Shown here in pieces: positions 1 to 15,648 of a DNA stretch of 64,000 bases. Origin of the DNA: an uncultured Acidobacteriota bacterium (lineage in GTDB: Bacteria; Acidobacteriota; Thermoanaerobaculia; UBA5066; Gp7-AA6); contig CAWHKQ010000015.1 of the NCBI GenBank assembly GCA_963829925.1, positions 182,073 through 246,072 on the forward strand. The letters run 5' to 3'. Within the stretch, counting starts at the first letter, position 1, and each line of letters begins with the position of its first letter. The position numbers were made by a program, and so were the translations under genes. The notes under the pieces were generated by a model, which was given only the letters and a program-made list of their open reading frames with translations, was not told the DNA's origin and made no database searches.

Positions 1-552
1 TGTTGTAGTCCACTCCCGTGTCGAGCACGGCGATCGCGTGCCCGGCGCCGTCGAAGCCGAGGGCGTTGGTCCGGTCGCTCTGAATCAGGACCTGCGCGGG
101 CTGCGCGATCTCGTCGTGCCTGTGGCGGACGGCGTCGAGAGTGACCCAGCGCACATCGCGCCGGTTGGCCAGCGCGAGCACGCCGTCGCGCGTAGCCCGT
201 GCCGGCGAGCATCGGAAAAGCTTCCGTACTCGCGGCGCATCGCGATCGATCCGGGAGCCATCTCCCCGACCAGCCGCCTCTGCGCCGCCAGGCGGCGGAT
301 GCGGCGGGCGGGCTCTCCGGCGGTGTCGGGACGAGCCGCGAGAGCCCGGTGGGAGGGAGTGTCGTCGCGGAGGCCGACGATCACGTTCAGGACGCCGTCT
401 CCGCGATTCAGAGCGGCGAGGACCGACGCGTCGGCCCGGGGCGCTTCGTCGGGCGTCGTCATCCGGACCGCGCGCCCGCCCGAGCGAGGCTGCGAGAAAC
501 AGAAGACACACCGCCGCAGTCCTCTCCCCGAGTTTTCCGACCGGACGCATAA
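1..552 (-). CDS. Subtilisin-like serine peptidase (S8) with I9-type propeptide, N-terminal part only; it runs off the left edge and needs 2 frameshifts to read
   Basis: Minus-strand translation gives a signal peptide MRPVGKLGERTAAVCLLFLAASLG (start near 552). A second frame gives an I9-like propeptide (VLNVIVGLRDD...MRREYGSF). Back in the first frame it reads ALANRRDVRWVTLDAV...GFDGAGHAIAVLDTGVDYN, the catalytic Asp motif, at coordinates ~60-2. The listed ORF 85..579(-) is the middle-frame piece. Confidence 0.6.
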
Positions 553-637
553 GGCAGGAAACAGGCGAAAACCCAGCAAATTCCGGCTTCCGGACGGGCG
601 AGGACGCCGCGGAGAGGCCTGCTATCGTTGCGCCGCC

Positions 638-1342
638 ATGCGCGCGGTGTTCGCCGACTGCCACGTGGGGCGCCGCCCCGGGGACGAAGGGCCGTTTCTC
701 GAGGCCCTGGAGCAGGCGAGGCAGCGCGGAGCCCGGGCGATCACGCTGCTGGGAGACATCTTCCACTTCTTCATCGCCCACCCGAAGTTCGAGACTCCGG
801 CGATCGCCCGCTTTCTCGAGACCGCGCGGGGGCTGCAGCAGGCCGGCGTGGCGGTCACTTACGTCGAAGGCAACCGGGACTTCTTTCTGCGAGGCTCCTA
901 CGCCGAGAGCGCGTTCCGGGCGGTGTGCGACGAGGAGACATTCGAAGCCGGAGGCCGGCGCTTTCTGGCCACCCACGGCGATCTTCTGAACGAGAAGGAC
1001 AGGCCCTATCGGTTCTGGCGGTTTCTCTCGAAGAATCCGGTTTCGCGCGCGGCTCTGGCCGTCGTCCCGAAGGGGGCCGGCAACCGTCTCGTGTGGAACG
1101 TGGAAGCGCGCCTGTACCGCTCCAATTTCAAGCACAAGACGCGCCTGCCGGTCGAGATGATCCGGAGCTTCGCCGAGAAGCGGTTTCGCCAGGGCATCGA
1201 CGTGCTGCTGCTCGGGCACTTCCACAAGTCCTGGAGAGAAAACGTCGACGGGGGAGTGGTCGAGATCCTCCCGGCCTTCGTCGACGAGCGCCGCTGGATG
1301 GAGATCGGCGGTGACGGGGAGACGAGGCTCGTGGGCCTCTGA
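638..1342 (+). CDS. Calcineurin-like metallophosphoesterase, LpxH-like UDP-2,3-diacylglucosamine pyrophosphatase candidate
   Basis: ATG at 638 inside the long ORF 38..1342. Motifs DCHVG, GDIFHF, GNRDFF, THGD, GHFH fit the LpxH/calcineurin phosphoesterase pattern. The 5' 600 nt of the listed ORF are Arg-rich antisense of the subtilase. Confidence 0.55.
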   Translation: MRAVFADCHVGRRPGDEGPFLEALEQARQRGARAITLLGDIFHFFIAHPKFETPAIARFLETARGLQQAGVAVTYVEGNRDFFLRGSYAESAFRAVCDEETFEAGGRRFLATHGDLLNEKDRPYRFWRFLSKNPVSRAALAVVPKGAGNRLVWNVEARLYRSNFKHKTRLPVEMIRSFAEKRFRQGIDVLLLGHFHKSWRENVDGGVVEILPAFVDERRWMEIGGDGETRLVGL

Positions 1343-1368
1343 ATTCCGAAGCCCGCGATCCTGCACTC

Positions 1369-2643
1369 GTGAGCCACGTCCTGTCGGTGCCGCCCGTCTC
1401 GTCGATCCGCGGCTCCCTGCGGGTTCCTCCTTCCAAGAGCGCCACGAACCGGGCGCTCCTGCTGGCCGCGCTGGCGGAGCGGCCGGTCGAGATCCGTCGA
1501 CCCCTGGCCAGCGACGACACCGTCGCGCTGCAGCGCTGTCTGACGGCGATGGGCGCCTCGATCGAACCCGTCGCGGGCGGGCTCACGGTCTCGGGCCCGC
1601 TCGGCGCGGATTCCAGCCGGACGATCCCTCTCGACGCCGGCGACTCCGGCACGGCGGCCCGCTTTCTGACCGCCGTGTGCTCGGCGATCTCCGGGCGTTT
1701 CCTTCTGACCGGCTCGCATCGTCTTCGGGAACGGCCCATCGCGCCCCTCGTTGAGGCATTGACTGCCGCCGGCGCGCGTATCGCCTATGCCGGAGAGGCG
1801 GGTCGGCTCCCGCTTCGAATCGACGGCGGCGGGCTGCGCTCGGAGCTTCTTCGAGTGGACGCGTCGGAGTCGAGCCAGTACCTCTCGGCCATCCTGCTGG
1901 CAGGCGTCGCGGTGGAGGGCGGGCTCTCCGCCCGCGCGACCGGGGCCGTCGCCTCGCAGCCCTATGTCGCCATGACGCTCGACGCCCTGAGGGCTTTCGG
2001 GCATGACGTCGTCGAGACGGACTCCGTGCGCGTCCGGAGGGGAGCGCTGCATTCCGGTCGATACGAGGTTCCGGGCGACTACTCGTCGGCGGTTCCTCTC
2101 CTCGCCGCCGTCGGCGCCGCCGGGGGCTCGCTGGAGCTGACGGGGCTCGCCTGGCCGTCCCGGGACGCCGATGCGGACGCGATTCCCGTCCTCGAGCGGA
2201 TGGGGATCCGGATCGACGGATTCGCCTCGGCCCTCGTCGCCGCCGCATCGGGCGACTTGCTGCGCCCGGTCTCGGTCGAAGCGACGGGGTTCCCGGACTC
2301 CGTCCCGGCGCTGGCAGCTCTGGCCGCGCTTGCGCCGGGGGAGAGCCGGTTTTTGGGGATCGGTCATCTCCGGCTCAAGGAGAGCGACCGGATCGCCGCT
2401 CTGGCCGGGATCCTGACGGCCGCCGGCGCCTCGGCGACACCCGGGCCCGACAGCCTGACGGTCGTGGGTCCGGCGCGAGTCCGCGGGCTCGTCCGCCTCG
2501 CAACGCACAGCGACCATCGCATCGCCATGGCCGCCGCGCTGCTGTCGCTGCGCCTTCCCGGCCTCCTCATCGAGAACCCCGCCTGCGTTTCCAAGTCCTA
2601 CCCGGCCTTCTTCCGGGACCTGGATTCCGTCTCGGTCCGATAG
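1369..2643 (+). CDS. aroA: 3-phosphoshikimate 1-carboxyvinyltransferase (EPSP synthase)
   Basis: Intact 424-aa ORF. N-terminal LRVPPSKSATNRALLLAALA, C-terminal CVSKSYPAFFRDL, and the HRIAMAAAL motif are typical AroA. Confidence 0.9.
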   Translation: MSHVLSVPPVSSIRGSLRVPPSKSATNRALLLAALAERPVEIRRPLASDDTVALQRCLTAMGASIEPVAGGLTVSGPLGADSSRTIPLDAGDSGTAARFLTAVCSAISGRFLLTGSHRLRERPIAPLVEALTAAGARIAYAGEAGRLPLRIDGGGLRSELLRVDASESSQYLSAILLAGVAVEGGLSARATGAVASQPYVAMTLDALRAFGHDVVETDSVRVRRGALHSGRYEVPGDYSSAVPLLAAVGAAGGSLELTGLAWPSRDADADAIPVLERMGIRIDGFASALVAAASGDLLRPVSVEATGFPDSVPALAALAALAPGESRFLGIGHLRLKESDRIAALAGILTAAGASATPGPDSLTVVGPARVRGLVRLATHSDHRIAMAAALLSLRLPGLLIENPACVSKSYPAFFRDLDSVSVR

Positions 2644-2697
2644 GCCGTCGCCTCCGCTCGCCGGGATCGTGCGGGCGCCGGCCGAAGGCCTGCGGCG

Positions 2698-3006
2698 GCA
2701 CCGGCCTGCGGCTCGCCTGTGGGCTCGACCGCAGGCCTGATCCCTCCCTCGCTGCGGCTCCCGCGGCGCGGGGCTCCTCCCCTGTGGGAGACTCCCCGCG
2801 CCGCGTACACGCCCACCTGTGCCGCTCGCCGACTCTCTCCTAGCTGGGCTCGAGAGCCCGACGCTTTTCGAGGCGCTGGTCGGTATGTACGCGGCGCGCG
2901 GAGTCTCCCGAAGTAACCGAGGGAGGAGCCGGGCGCCGCGGGAGCGAGCGCGCAGCGAAGGATCAGGCCCGCGGTCGAGCCCACAGGCGAGCCGCGGGCC
3001 GGTGCG
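2698..3006. repeat. 309-bp palindromic unit: two ~115-130 bp copies of a GC-rich intergenic repeat in inverted orientation around a 73-bp core
   Basis: The left arm 2698-2812 (gcaccggcctgcggctcgcctgtgggctcgaccgc...gggagactccccgcgccgcgtacac) is the reverse complement of the right arm 2886-3006 (gtacgcggcgcgcggagtctccc...gcggtcgagcccacaggcgagccgcgggccggtgc) at ~85% identity. The outermost ~35 nt are near-perfect inverted repeats. The core 2813-2885 contains a small hairpin, gggctcgagagccc. Confidence 0.7.
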
Positions 3007-3077
3007 CCCGAAGGGCGCAGATCCGTAGCGAAGCGCTCGCGACGGTCGCGACAATAAGGAGACAGAGCCCTAATGAT

Positions 3078-7006
<3,929 letters not shown>

Positions 7007-7062
7007 GAGAAGCGGGTTCGCGGCGTACGGCGCGTCGCCGACTGCTCCTGTATCCTCCCTTC

Positions 7063-7748
7063 GTGATCTCGCTGCTCGACATCGTCGGCCCCGTCATGGT
7101 CGGCCCGTCCTCCTCCCACACGGCCGGCGCCTGCCGTCTCGCGCGCGTGGCGCGGGCGCTCCTGGAAGAGGAGCCGGTCGAGGCGCGCTTCGAGCTCCAC
7201 TCGGCTTTCGCCAAGACGATGCGCGGCCACGGAACGGACCGCGCGCTGGTGGCCGGCGCCCTCGGCATGGAGGTCGATGACGCCCGGCTGAAGGACGCCC
7301 TGGAAATGGCCGCGGCGAGCGGGTTCCCCTACAAGCTCAAGCCGAAGAACATGGGACCGGAGGCGCACCCGAACAGCGTCGCGATCCACCTGAAGGAAAG
7401 ACGCGGGCGATCTCGATTCTCGGCGCCTCGATCGGGCGGCGGGATGATCGAGATCCGGGAAGTCGACGGGTTCCCCGTCGTCGCTGTCGGCCAAGGATCC
7501 CTGCCTGCTGCTCTTCTACGATGACCGGCCGGGCGTCGTGATGCGCGCCTCCGAGATCATCGGCCGCCGCGGGATCAACATCGCTTCGATGGAGGTTCTG
7601 CGCCGCGGAAAGGGCGAGCTGGCGTTCATGCGGATCGACCTCGACGCCCCGCTGCCGGCCGAAGACGTCGCGTCCATGAAAGCAGCTGCCGGGCATTCGC
7701 CGCGTGCACGTGCTCGACCGCGTGGCCGGGGGCGCGCCCATTACCTGA
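7063..7748 (+). CDS. sdaAB: L-serine dehydratase (Fe-S dependent), beta subunit; frameshifted
   Basis: N-terminal ISLLDIVGPVMVGPSSSHTAGA, characteristic of SdaAB. The ACT-like C-terminus ASEIIGRRGINIASMEVLRRGKGELAFMRIDLD is in another frame. It ends ...RRVHVLDRVAGGAPIT* near 7748. Confidence 0.65.
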
Positions 7749-7759
7749 GGAGAGTGTCC

Positions 7760-8641
7760 ATGTCCCGTCTCAACAGCTTTGCCGATCTGCTCGACGTCGC
7801 GGCGGAGACCGGCCAGCCCCTCGACGCGATCTTTCTGGCCGAGGAAGCCGCCGAGCGGGAAGTTCCCGCGGACCGCGTCTTCCAGACGATGCTGGAGCGC
7901 TGGGCGGTCATGAAGGATTCGGTTCGGCGCGGGCTCGCGGGCGGAAAATCCTTCTCGGGGATGGTCGGCGGCGACGCGAAGAAGATCATGGATTTCGCCC
8001 GCGGCGGCGACATCGCCGGCGGAAGTCTGGTCGCAAAGTGCATCGCCTATTCGATTGCCGTGCTCGAGGAGAATTCCCGCATGGGGATCATCGTGGCCGC
8101 CCCGACGGCCGGAGCGCCGCGGGGATGGTGCCGGGCACTCTGCTGGCGATGTCGGAGGAGCGCGGGCTTCGACGATGCGTTCGCCGCGCGCGGACTCGTC
8201 GTTGCCGGAGGCTTCGGCGCGCTCGTGGCCGGCCGGGCCGAGCTGTCCGGCGCCGCCGGCGGCTGTCAGGCCGAGCAGGGCGTGGGCGCCGCGATGGCCT
8301 CCGGCGCTCTGACGTTCCTCCTCGGGGGCACGCCCGCCGCCTCCGTCCATGCGGCGGCGCTCACTCTGCAGAACACGCTGGGGTTGGCCTGCGACCCGGT
8401 GGCCGGCCTCGTCGAGGTGCCGTGCGTGGTGCGCAACGGTTTCACCGCGATGCTCGCCCTGACGGGGGCCCAGGCGGCCCTCGCGGGCGTCGAGAGCGTC
8501 ATCCCGATGGACGAGGTCGTGGAGGCCATGGTCAAGATCGGCGAGGCGATGCCGCGGTCGCTGAAGGAGACGGCCGACGGCGGTCTCGCGATGACGCCGA
8601 CGGGCTGCCGCATCCGGAAAGAGCTGTACCAGATTCGGTGA
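7760..8641 (+). CDS. sdaAA: L-serine dehydratase, alpha subunit; two frameshifts near 8100-8170
   Basis: RBS gaggag then ATG. It reads MSRLNSFADLLDVAAETGQPLDAIFLAEE...GGDAKKIM...VAKCIAYSIAVLEEN... and later ...AAALTLQNTLGLACDPVAGLVEVPCVVRNGF...MPRSLKETADGGLAMTPTGC, typical of SdaAA. Confidence 0.7.
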   Translation: MSRLNSFADLLDVAAETGQPLDAIFLAEEAAEREVPADRVFQTMLERWAVMKDSVRRGLAGGKSFSGMVGGDAKKIMDFARGGDIAGGSLVAKCIAYSIAVLEENSRMGIIVAAPTAGAPRGWCRALCWRCRRSAGFDDAFAARGLVVAGGFGALVAGRAELSGAAGGCQAEQGVGAAMASGALTFLLGGTPAASVHAAALTLQNTLGLACDPVAGLVEVPCVVRNGFTAMLALTGAQAALAGVESVIPMDEVVEAMVKIGEAMPRSLKETADGGLAMTPTGCRIRKELYQIR

Positions 8642-10492
8642 CCCCGCCCCGCCTGCGGCTGTCCGACGTGCTTCTCCTCTTTGCCGCCTGCCTGCTGAGC
8701 TACGCCAACGCCCTGCCCGGCGGCTTCACGTACGACGACAAGGCGATCGTGCGGGACAACCCGAGGATCCGGGCGCCGGACAGGATCGACGAGGTCTTCA
8801 CGACGCAGTACTTCGGCGGGGAACGCGGCACCGGGACCGCGTACCGGCCCGTGCTCCTGCTGTCCTATGCCGCGCAATGGTGGATCCATGGCGGGGAACC
8901 GGCCGCCTTCCATGCCGTGAACGTGCTTGTGCACGTCGCTGCGACGCTGTTGTTCGCCCGCCTTCTGCTGCACACTCGGCATCGCGCCGCCGGCCGCTCT
9001 CGCCTCGGCCCTCCTCTTTGCCGTGCATCCCATCCACGTCGAGGCCGTGACGAGCATCGTCGGGCGGGGCGAGACGCAGGCCGCCGCGCTGACTCTGGGC
9101 TACCTGCTCCTCGGCCTGCGTGACGCCGACCGACGCGGGAGACGGTGGCTGGCCCTGTCGATGGCGCTCCTCCTCTACGGGCTCGCGGTCCTGACCAAGG
9201 AGAGCGCCGCGGTGGCGCCGGCCCTTCTGCTTCTCTGTCTGGTCTGGCTCGCCGACGGCGGGCTCGGACGGCGGCTGCTCGACGCCCTCCGCCGCGGCCT
9301 CCCGCTGTATGCGGGATCCGCGGTCATCCTGCTCGGCGTTCTCCGTGTGCGGACCTGGGTTCTCGGCGGCCCGCTGAAGTCCGCGGACTCGGGGATCTTC
9401 CAGCTCGAGAACCCGCTGGCGAGACTGCCGCCGCTTATCCGGGCGGCGAACGCCGGCGTCCTGTTCTTCATCTCCCTGGGGCGCCTGGCGTTTCCGCTCC
9501 GCCTGTCCTCGGACGAGTCGGCCTGGGCGATCCGGCCGCTCGGTCCGCGCAACGTCCTGTTCTGGCTGGCCCCGCTGCTTCTCGCCGCGCTGGGCGCCGC
9601 GGCGCTCCGGGGGCTGCGATTCCGGGCGCCGGCGGCGCTCGGCTTTCTCTTCCTGGCGGTGGCCTCGCTGCCCGCGTCGAACCTCCTCTTTCCGACGGGG
9701 ACCATTTTCGCGGAGAGGCTCGCGTATCTTCCGTCGGCGGGGTTTTGTCTCGTCGCGGGATCCTGGATCCTCGGGCAGACGAAAACCGGTGATGGCCCCG
9801 GACGCGCCCGGCTCCTGCTCCTGTCCGCGGTGGTGGTCCTTCTCGCCGCCCGGACGGTGGTCCGAAACGCGGTCTGGGCCAGCGACGAGACTCTCTTCAC
9901 CAACATGGTCCGCGTCTCGCCCGAAAGCGCCAAGGCGCACTACGACTTCGCGTACATGTCGGCGACGGAGGGCAGAAAGCGCGCCGCGCTGGAGTCCTAC
10001 ACGCGCGCCACGCAGATCTACCCCCGGTATTGGGACGCCTGGGCGGGGCGGGGCCGGATGGAGCGCGATCTCGGAAACCTCGCGGCCTCGGAGGCGTCCT
10101 ACGCCGAGGCTGTGCGGATCGCGCCCTTCTACGAGAACGGATACTTCGGGCTCGGTCTGGCGCGGGAAGGCCGCGGCGACCGCGCCGGCGCCGAGGAGGC
10201 GTACCGGGAGGGTCTGAGGCAAAAGCCGAGGTCTCTGCCTCTCGCCTTCCGGATGGCCGAGCTCCTGACGGCCGAGCGCCGTCCGGCGGCCGGGCACGCC
10301 TGGCACCGCGCTCTGACCATCGACCCGAACTCCGCGGCGACGCGCATCGGCTACGCGCGCTGGCTGGCCGCGGTGGGCCGCCGGGACGAGGCCCTGCGGG
10401 AAGCGCGGGACATCCTGAGGCGGACCCCGCGTTTCGCTCCCGCGCGAGAGCTCGAGACCCGGCTCCTCAGTGGATCCGCTCCCGCGAACTGA
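8638..10492 (+). CDS. Integral membrane protein with C-terminal TPR repeats, TMTC/DUF1736-like (GT39-related glycosyltransferase-like); frameshift near 8990
   Basis: GTG start overlapping the sdaAA stop (GTGA). N-terminal ...YANALPGGFTYDDKAIVRDNPRIR...AYRPVLLLSYAAQWW is the TMTC-family signature. Multiple TM segments follow, then TPR-like repeats (YTRATQIYPRYWDAWAGRG..., AEAVRIAPFYENGYFGLGLA...). Confidence 0.6.
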
Positions 10493-11082
10493 CCTGGTCT
10501 TCGCGGGCCCTCCGGATGGCGGCGCGGTCCCGCCGCCGCGCGGCGCGGGCCGCGACGCGCGGATAGCGCCGGTGGTAGAGCCTGAGGATCGCCAGGGTCA
10601 GCCAGTACGCGGCAAACGCGAGGACCACAGCCAGCAGCGTGGTCCCCACGAGAAACGAAGCCAGGCGCGGCCCGAAACCGGGCCCGCGGAACGCGACCCA
10701 GAAGTCCTGGTTGAGGATCCGCTGCCACTTCAGGGCCGGGACCGCCGCCGGCGCGTATCCGAGCAGCGCCCGGCCCACCCGGTATCCGACCGCGAAGAAC
10801 GGCGGAAGAGTCCAGGGATTCCCGATCAGCGATCCCAGGACCGTATCGAGCTTGTTCAGACGGAAGAGGAGGGCGAGAGCGATTGCCAGGAGAAAGTGAA
10901 AGCCGATGAAGGGCGAGAGCCCCACGCCCACGCCGACGGCGACGGCCGCCGCCACGCGTTCCGGCGTCTGCGCGCGACCCATGAGGTCGAGCAGGAGCTT
11001 GAGCCTCCGCCGGCGCCAGGAGGGACGGCGTCTGGCGGCCGAGGGCGTCCCCTCCGAGCTCCTGGCCGGGGGCGTGCTCATC
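10467..11082 (-). CDS. DUF2062-family membrane protein
   Basis: MSTPPARS...[49 protein letters not shown], the DUF2062 core. Its ATG overlaps the thiL stop (ATGA). Confidence 0.6.
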
Positions 11083-12087
11083 GGGCGGCCTCGAGATGGT
11101 CGTGTCCGAGCTCCGCGACGTCGCGCTCGCCGGCGCGACCGCGCAGGACGGCGCCGCTGCCGGCCTCGATCCCGCCGATGTGCGTGACCGGGATACCGAG
11201 CTCTGCCGCAAGCGCGAGGAGCCGCCCGTCCGCCGCCTCCGGGACCGTGAAGAGCAGCTCGTAGTCGTCCCCTCCGGAGATGGCCAGCTCCACCGGGTCG
11301 ATCGCTTCCACGACTCCGAAGGATACGAGAGCCGGGGAGATCGGGAGGCGGTCTTCTTCGAGCACGACGCGCGCCCCGGAGGCGCGGGCCAGCCGCCCGG
11401 CGTCGAGCCCCAGGCCGTCGGAGACATCGATGGCGGCGCTGGCCAGCCCGTGCCGGGCCAGGGCGAGGCCCAGGGCGATGCGCGGGACCGGATCGCGGTA
11501 AGCGTCGAGAAGCCGTTTCCGGTGCTCGGAGGACAGCCCGGGCGGGCGCGGGTCTCGCTCGTCCTCTCCGGCCGCGAGTCTTTTCGCCACGCGAAGGCCG
11601 GCGGCGGCGTCTCCCAGGTATCCGGAAACGTAAACGCGGTCGCCGGGCGAGGCGCCGCCGCGAGTCAGAGGCTCGCCCGGGAGCCGTCCCCATGCGGCGA
11701 CCGACACCAGCCTCGCCGGAGCCGCCGACAGGTCCCCTCCGGCCAGGTGCGCCCCGAACTCGGCGGCCCGCGCGATCGCCCCGCGCGCGACGGCGAGCGG
11801 GAAGTCCTCCCGCTCGGTTCCCGGAAAGCCGATCGTGAGGAGGAAGAGCTCCGGTTGGGCGCCCATCGCGGCCAGATCCGAGAGGTTCACCGCGACGGCG
11901 CGGCGCCCCAGCCGCTCCGGGTCCTCGCCCGGAAGGAAGTCGACGCCCTCGACGAGCACGTCGGTCGTGACGGCGAGCAGCCCGGAGGCCCATTCCACGA
12001 TCGCCGCGTCGTCGCCCGGGCCGAGGCGGATCCCGGGAGCGGGGGGGAGCAGCGCGCGGAGTTTCTCGACGAACCGGTCTTCCGGCT

Positions 12088-12092
<5 letters not shown>
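11078..12092 (-). CDS. thiL: Thiamine-monophosphate kinase
   Basis: [16 protein letters not shown]...[11 protein letters not shown]...[14 protein letters not shown]...[16 protein letters not shown]...[14 protein letters not shown]...[13 protein letters not shown], canonical ThiL (AIR-synthase-like fold). The GTG start overlaps the lon stop. Confidence 0.75.
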
Positions 12093-14577
<2,485 letters not shown>

Positions 14578-14592
14578 GGTTCTGAGCCTACT

Positions 14593-15060
14593 CCTCCAGC
14601 TCCGCCGCGACCGGTATCTCGATCTCCTTCTCTCGCAGGTCGGGCACCCGCGGGAGGAGGATCTCGAGAAGGCCGTTCTTCAGTTTGGTCTTCGCCAGGT
14701 GCGAATTGACCGGGCGCGGCAGCGGGATCGACTTCACGAAGGCGCCGAAGTAGCGCTCCATGCAGAAAAAACGCATGCCTTCCCGGGCGCGGATCCGTCC
14801 CTTCTTGGTCCCGCGGATCATCGCCATGCGGCCGCGGATCGTGCACGCGGACGTCGCCGGCCTCGACGCCCGGCAGCTCGACGAGGATCTGGATCGACTC
14901 CCCGTCGTCCACGACGTCCACGTTGGGGTCCCAGGAGGACGCCGGCGTCCCGCCCTTGTTGTTCGACTCGACGAAGACGGCGAAGAGCCGGTTGAGCTCG
15001 CTCTGCAGACGCGAGAGCTCCACCATCGGACCGTAGAACCGGGCCGTGCGTCTCACCATG
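14593..15060 (-). CDS. Small heat-shock protein, Hsp20/alpha-crystallin family; frameshifted near 14830-14870
   Basis: N-terminal MVRRTARFYGPMVELSRLQSELNRLF...WDPNVDVVDDGESIQILVELPGVEAGDVRV. C-terminal EGMRFFCMERYFGAFVKSIPLPRPVNSHLAKTKLKNGLLEILLPRV. Confidence 0.7.
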
Positions 15061-15121
15061 GGATCGCTCGGCTCGGCGTCGGCTCGATAAGTCGGGATCC
15101 CTCGGCCTGCGGCCTCGGGAT

Positions 15122-15149
15122 GACTTCGTGGGGCTCGCCTCACGAAGTC
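15122..15149. promoter_or_regulatory. Perfect 9-bp inverted repeat (GACTTCGTG-N10-CACGAAGTC) overlapping the nrdR stop codon, upstream of hsp20-lon
   Basis: Read directly from the sequence. The stem-loop has no T-tract. It could be a transcript-end hairpin or an HAIR/CIRCE-style heat-shock operator. Confidence 0.3.
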
Positions 15150-15610
15150 ACCTTCTCGCCGCGTCCGATCAGGTTCTTCAGCTCGTGCAGGAACTCGTCG
15201 ACGTCCTCGAACTTGCGATAGACGGAGGCGAAGCGCACGTAGGCGACCTTGTCGAGCTCGCGCAGCCGCTCCATGACGAGGGCGCCGATCCGCGAGGTGG
15301 CGATCTCCCGCTCCTCGGCGTCGTGGAGAAGGGACTCGATCGCGTCGACCACCCGGTCGAGCTCGACGGGCGGCACCGGGCGCTTCTCGCAGGCCTTGAC
15401 GAGCCCGGTTCGCAGCTTGTTCCGGTCGAAACGCTCCCGCCGGCCGTCGTTCTTGACGACCATGTAGGGAATCTCCTCGATCGTCTCGTAGGAGGTGAAG
15501 CGCCGGCCGCAGCCCGTGCACTCCCGCCGCCGGCGGATGACCTCGCCTTCCCGGCTCTCCCGGGAGTCGACGACCCGGTCGTCCCCGGCCGCGCAGAAGG
15601 GGCATTTCAT
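15140..15610 (-). CDS. nrdR: Transcriptional repressor NrdR
   Basis: Intact 156 aa. MKCPFCAAGDDRVVDSRESREGEVIRRRRECTGCGRRFTSYE zinc ribbon plus ATP-cone. Confidence 0.85.
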   Translation of the reverse strand: MKCPFCAAGDDRVVDSRESREGEVIRRRRECTGCGRRFTSYETIEEIPYMVVKNDGRRERFDRNKLRTGLVKACEKRPVPPVELDRVVDAIESLLHDAEEREIATSRIGALVMERLRELDKVAYVRFASVYRKFEDVDEFLHELKNLIGRGEKVTS

Positions 15611-15648
15611 CGAACCTCCAGCTTACCCGAGAACGGCCGGATTCCCGA

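Noticed and set aside
85-579. Listed ORF 85..579(-) as a stand-alone 164-aa gene
   Set aside because: It is the middle (I9 propeptide) frame piece of the frameshifted subtilase, not an independent gene.
1006-3054. 682-aa minus-strand ORF (and similar 2598..3851-, 2963..3832-, 3070..3915-) overlapping aroA and the repeat region
   Set aside because: Extremely Arg/Pro/Gly-rich, low-complexity translation with no recognisable motif. It lies antisense to the well-supported aroA gene. This is the typical stop-codon-poor antisense artefact of 70% GC DNA.
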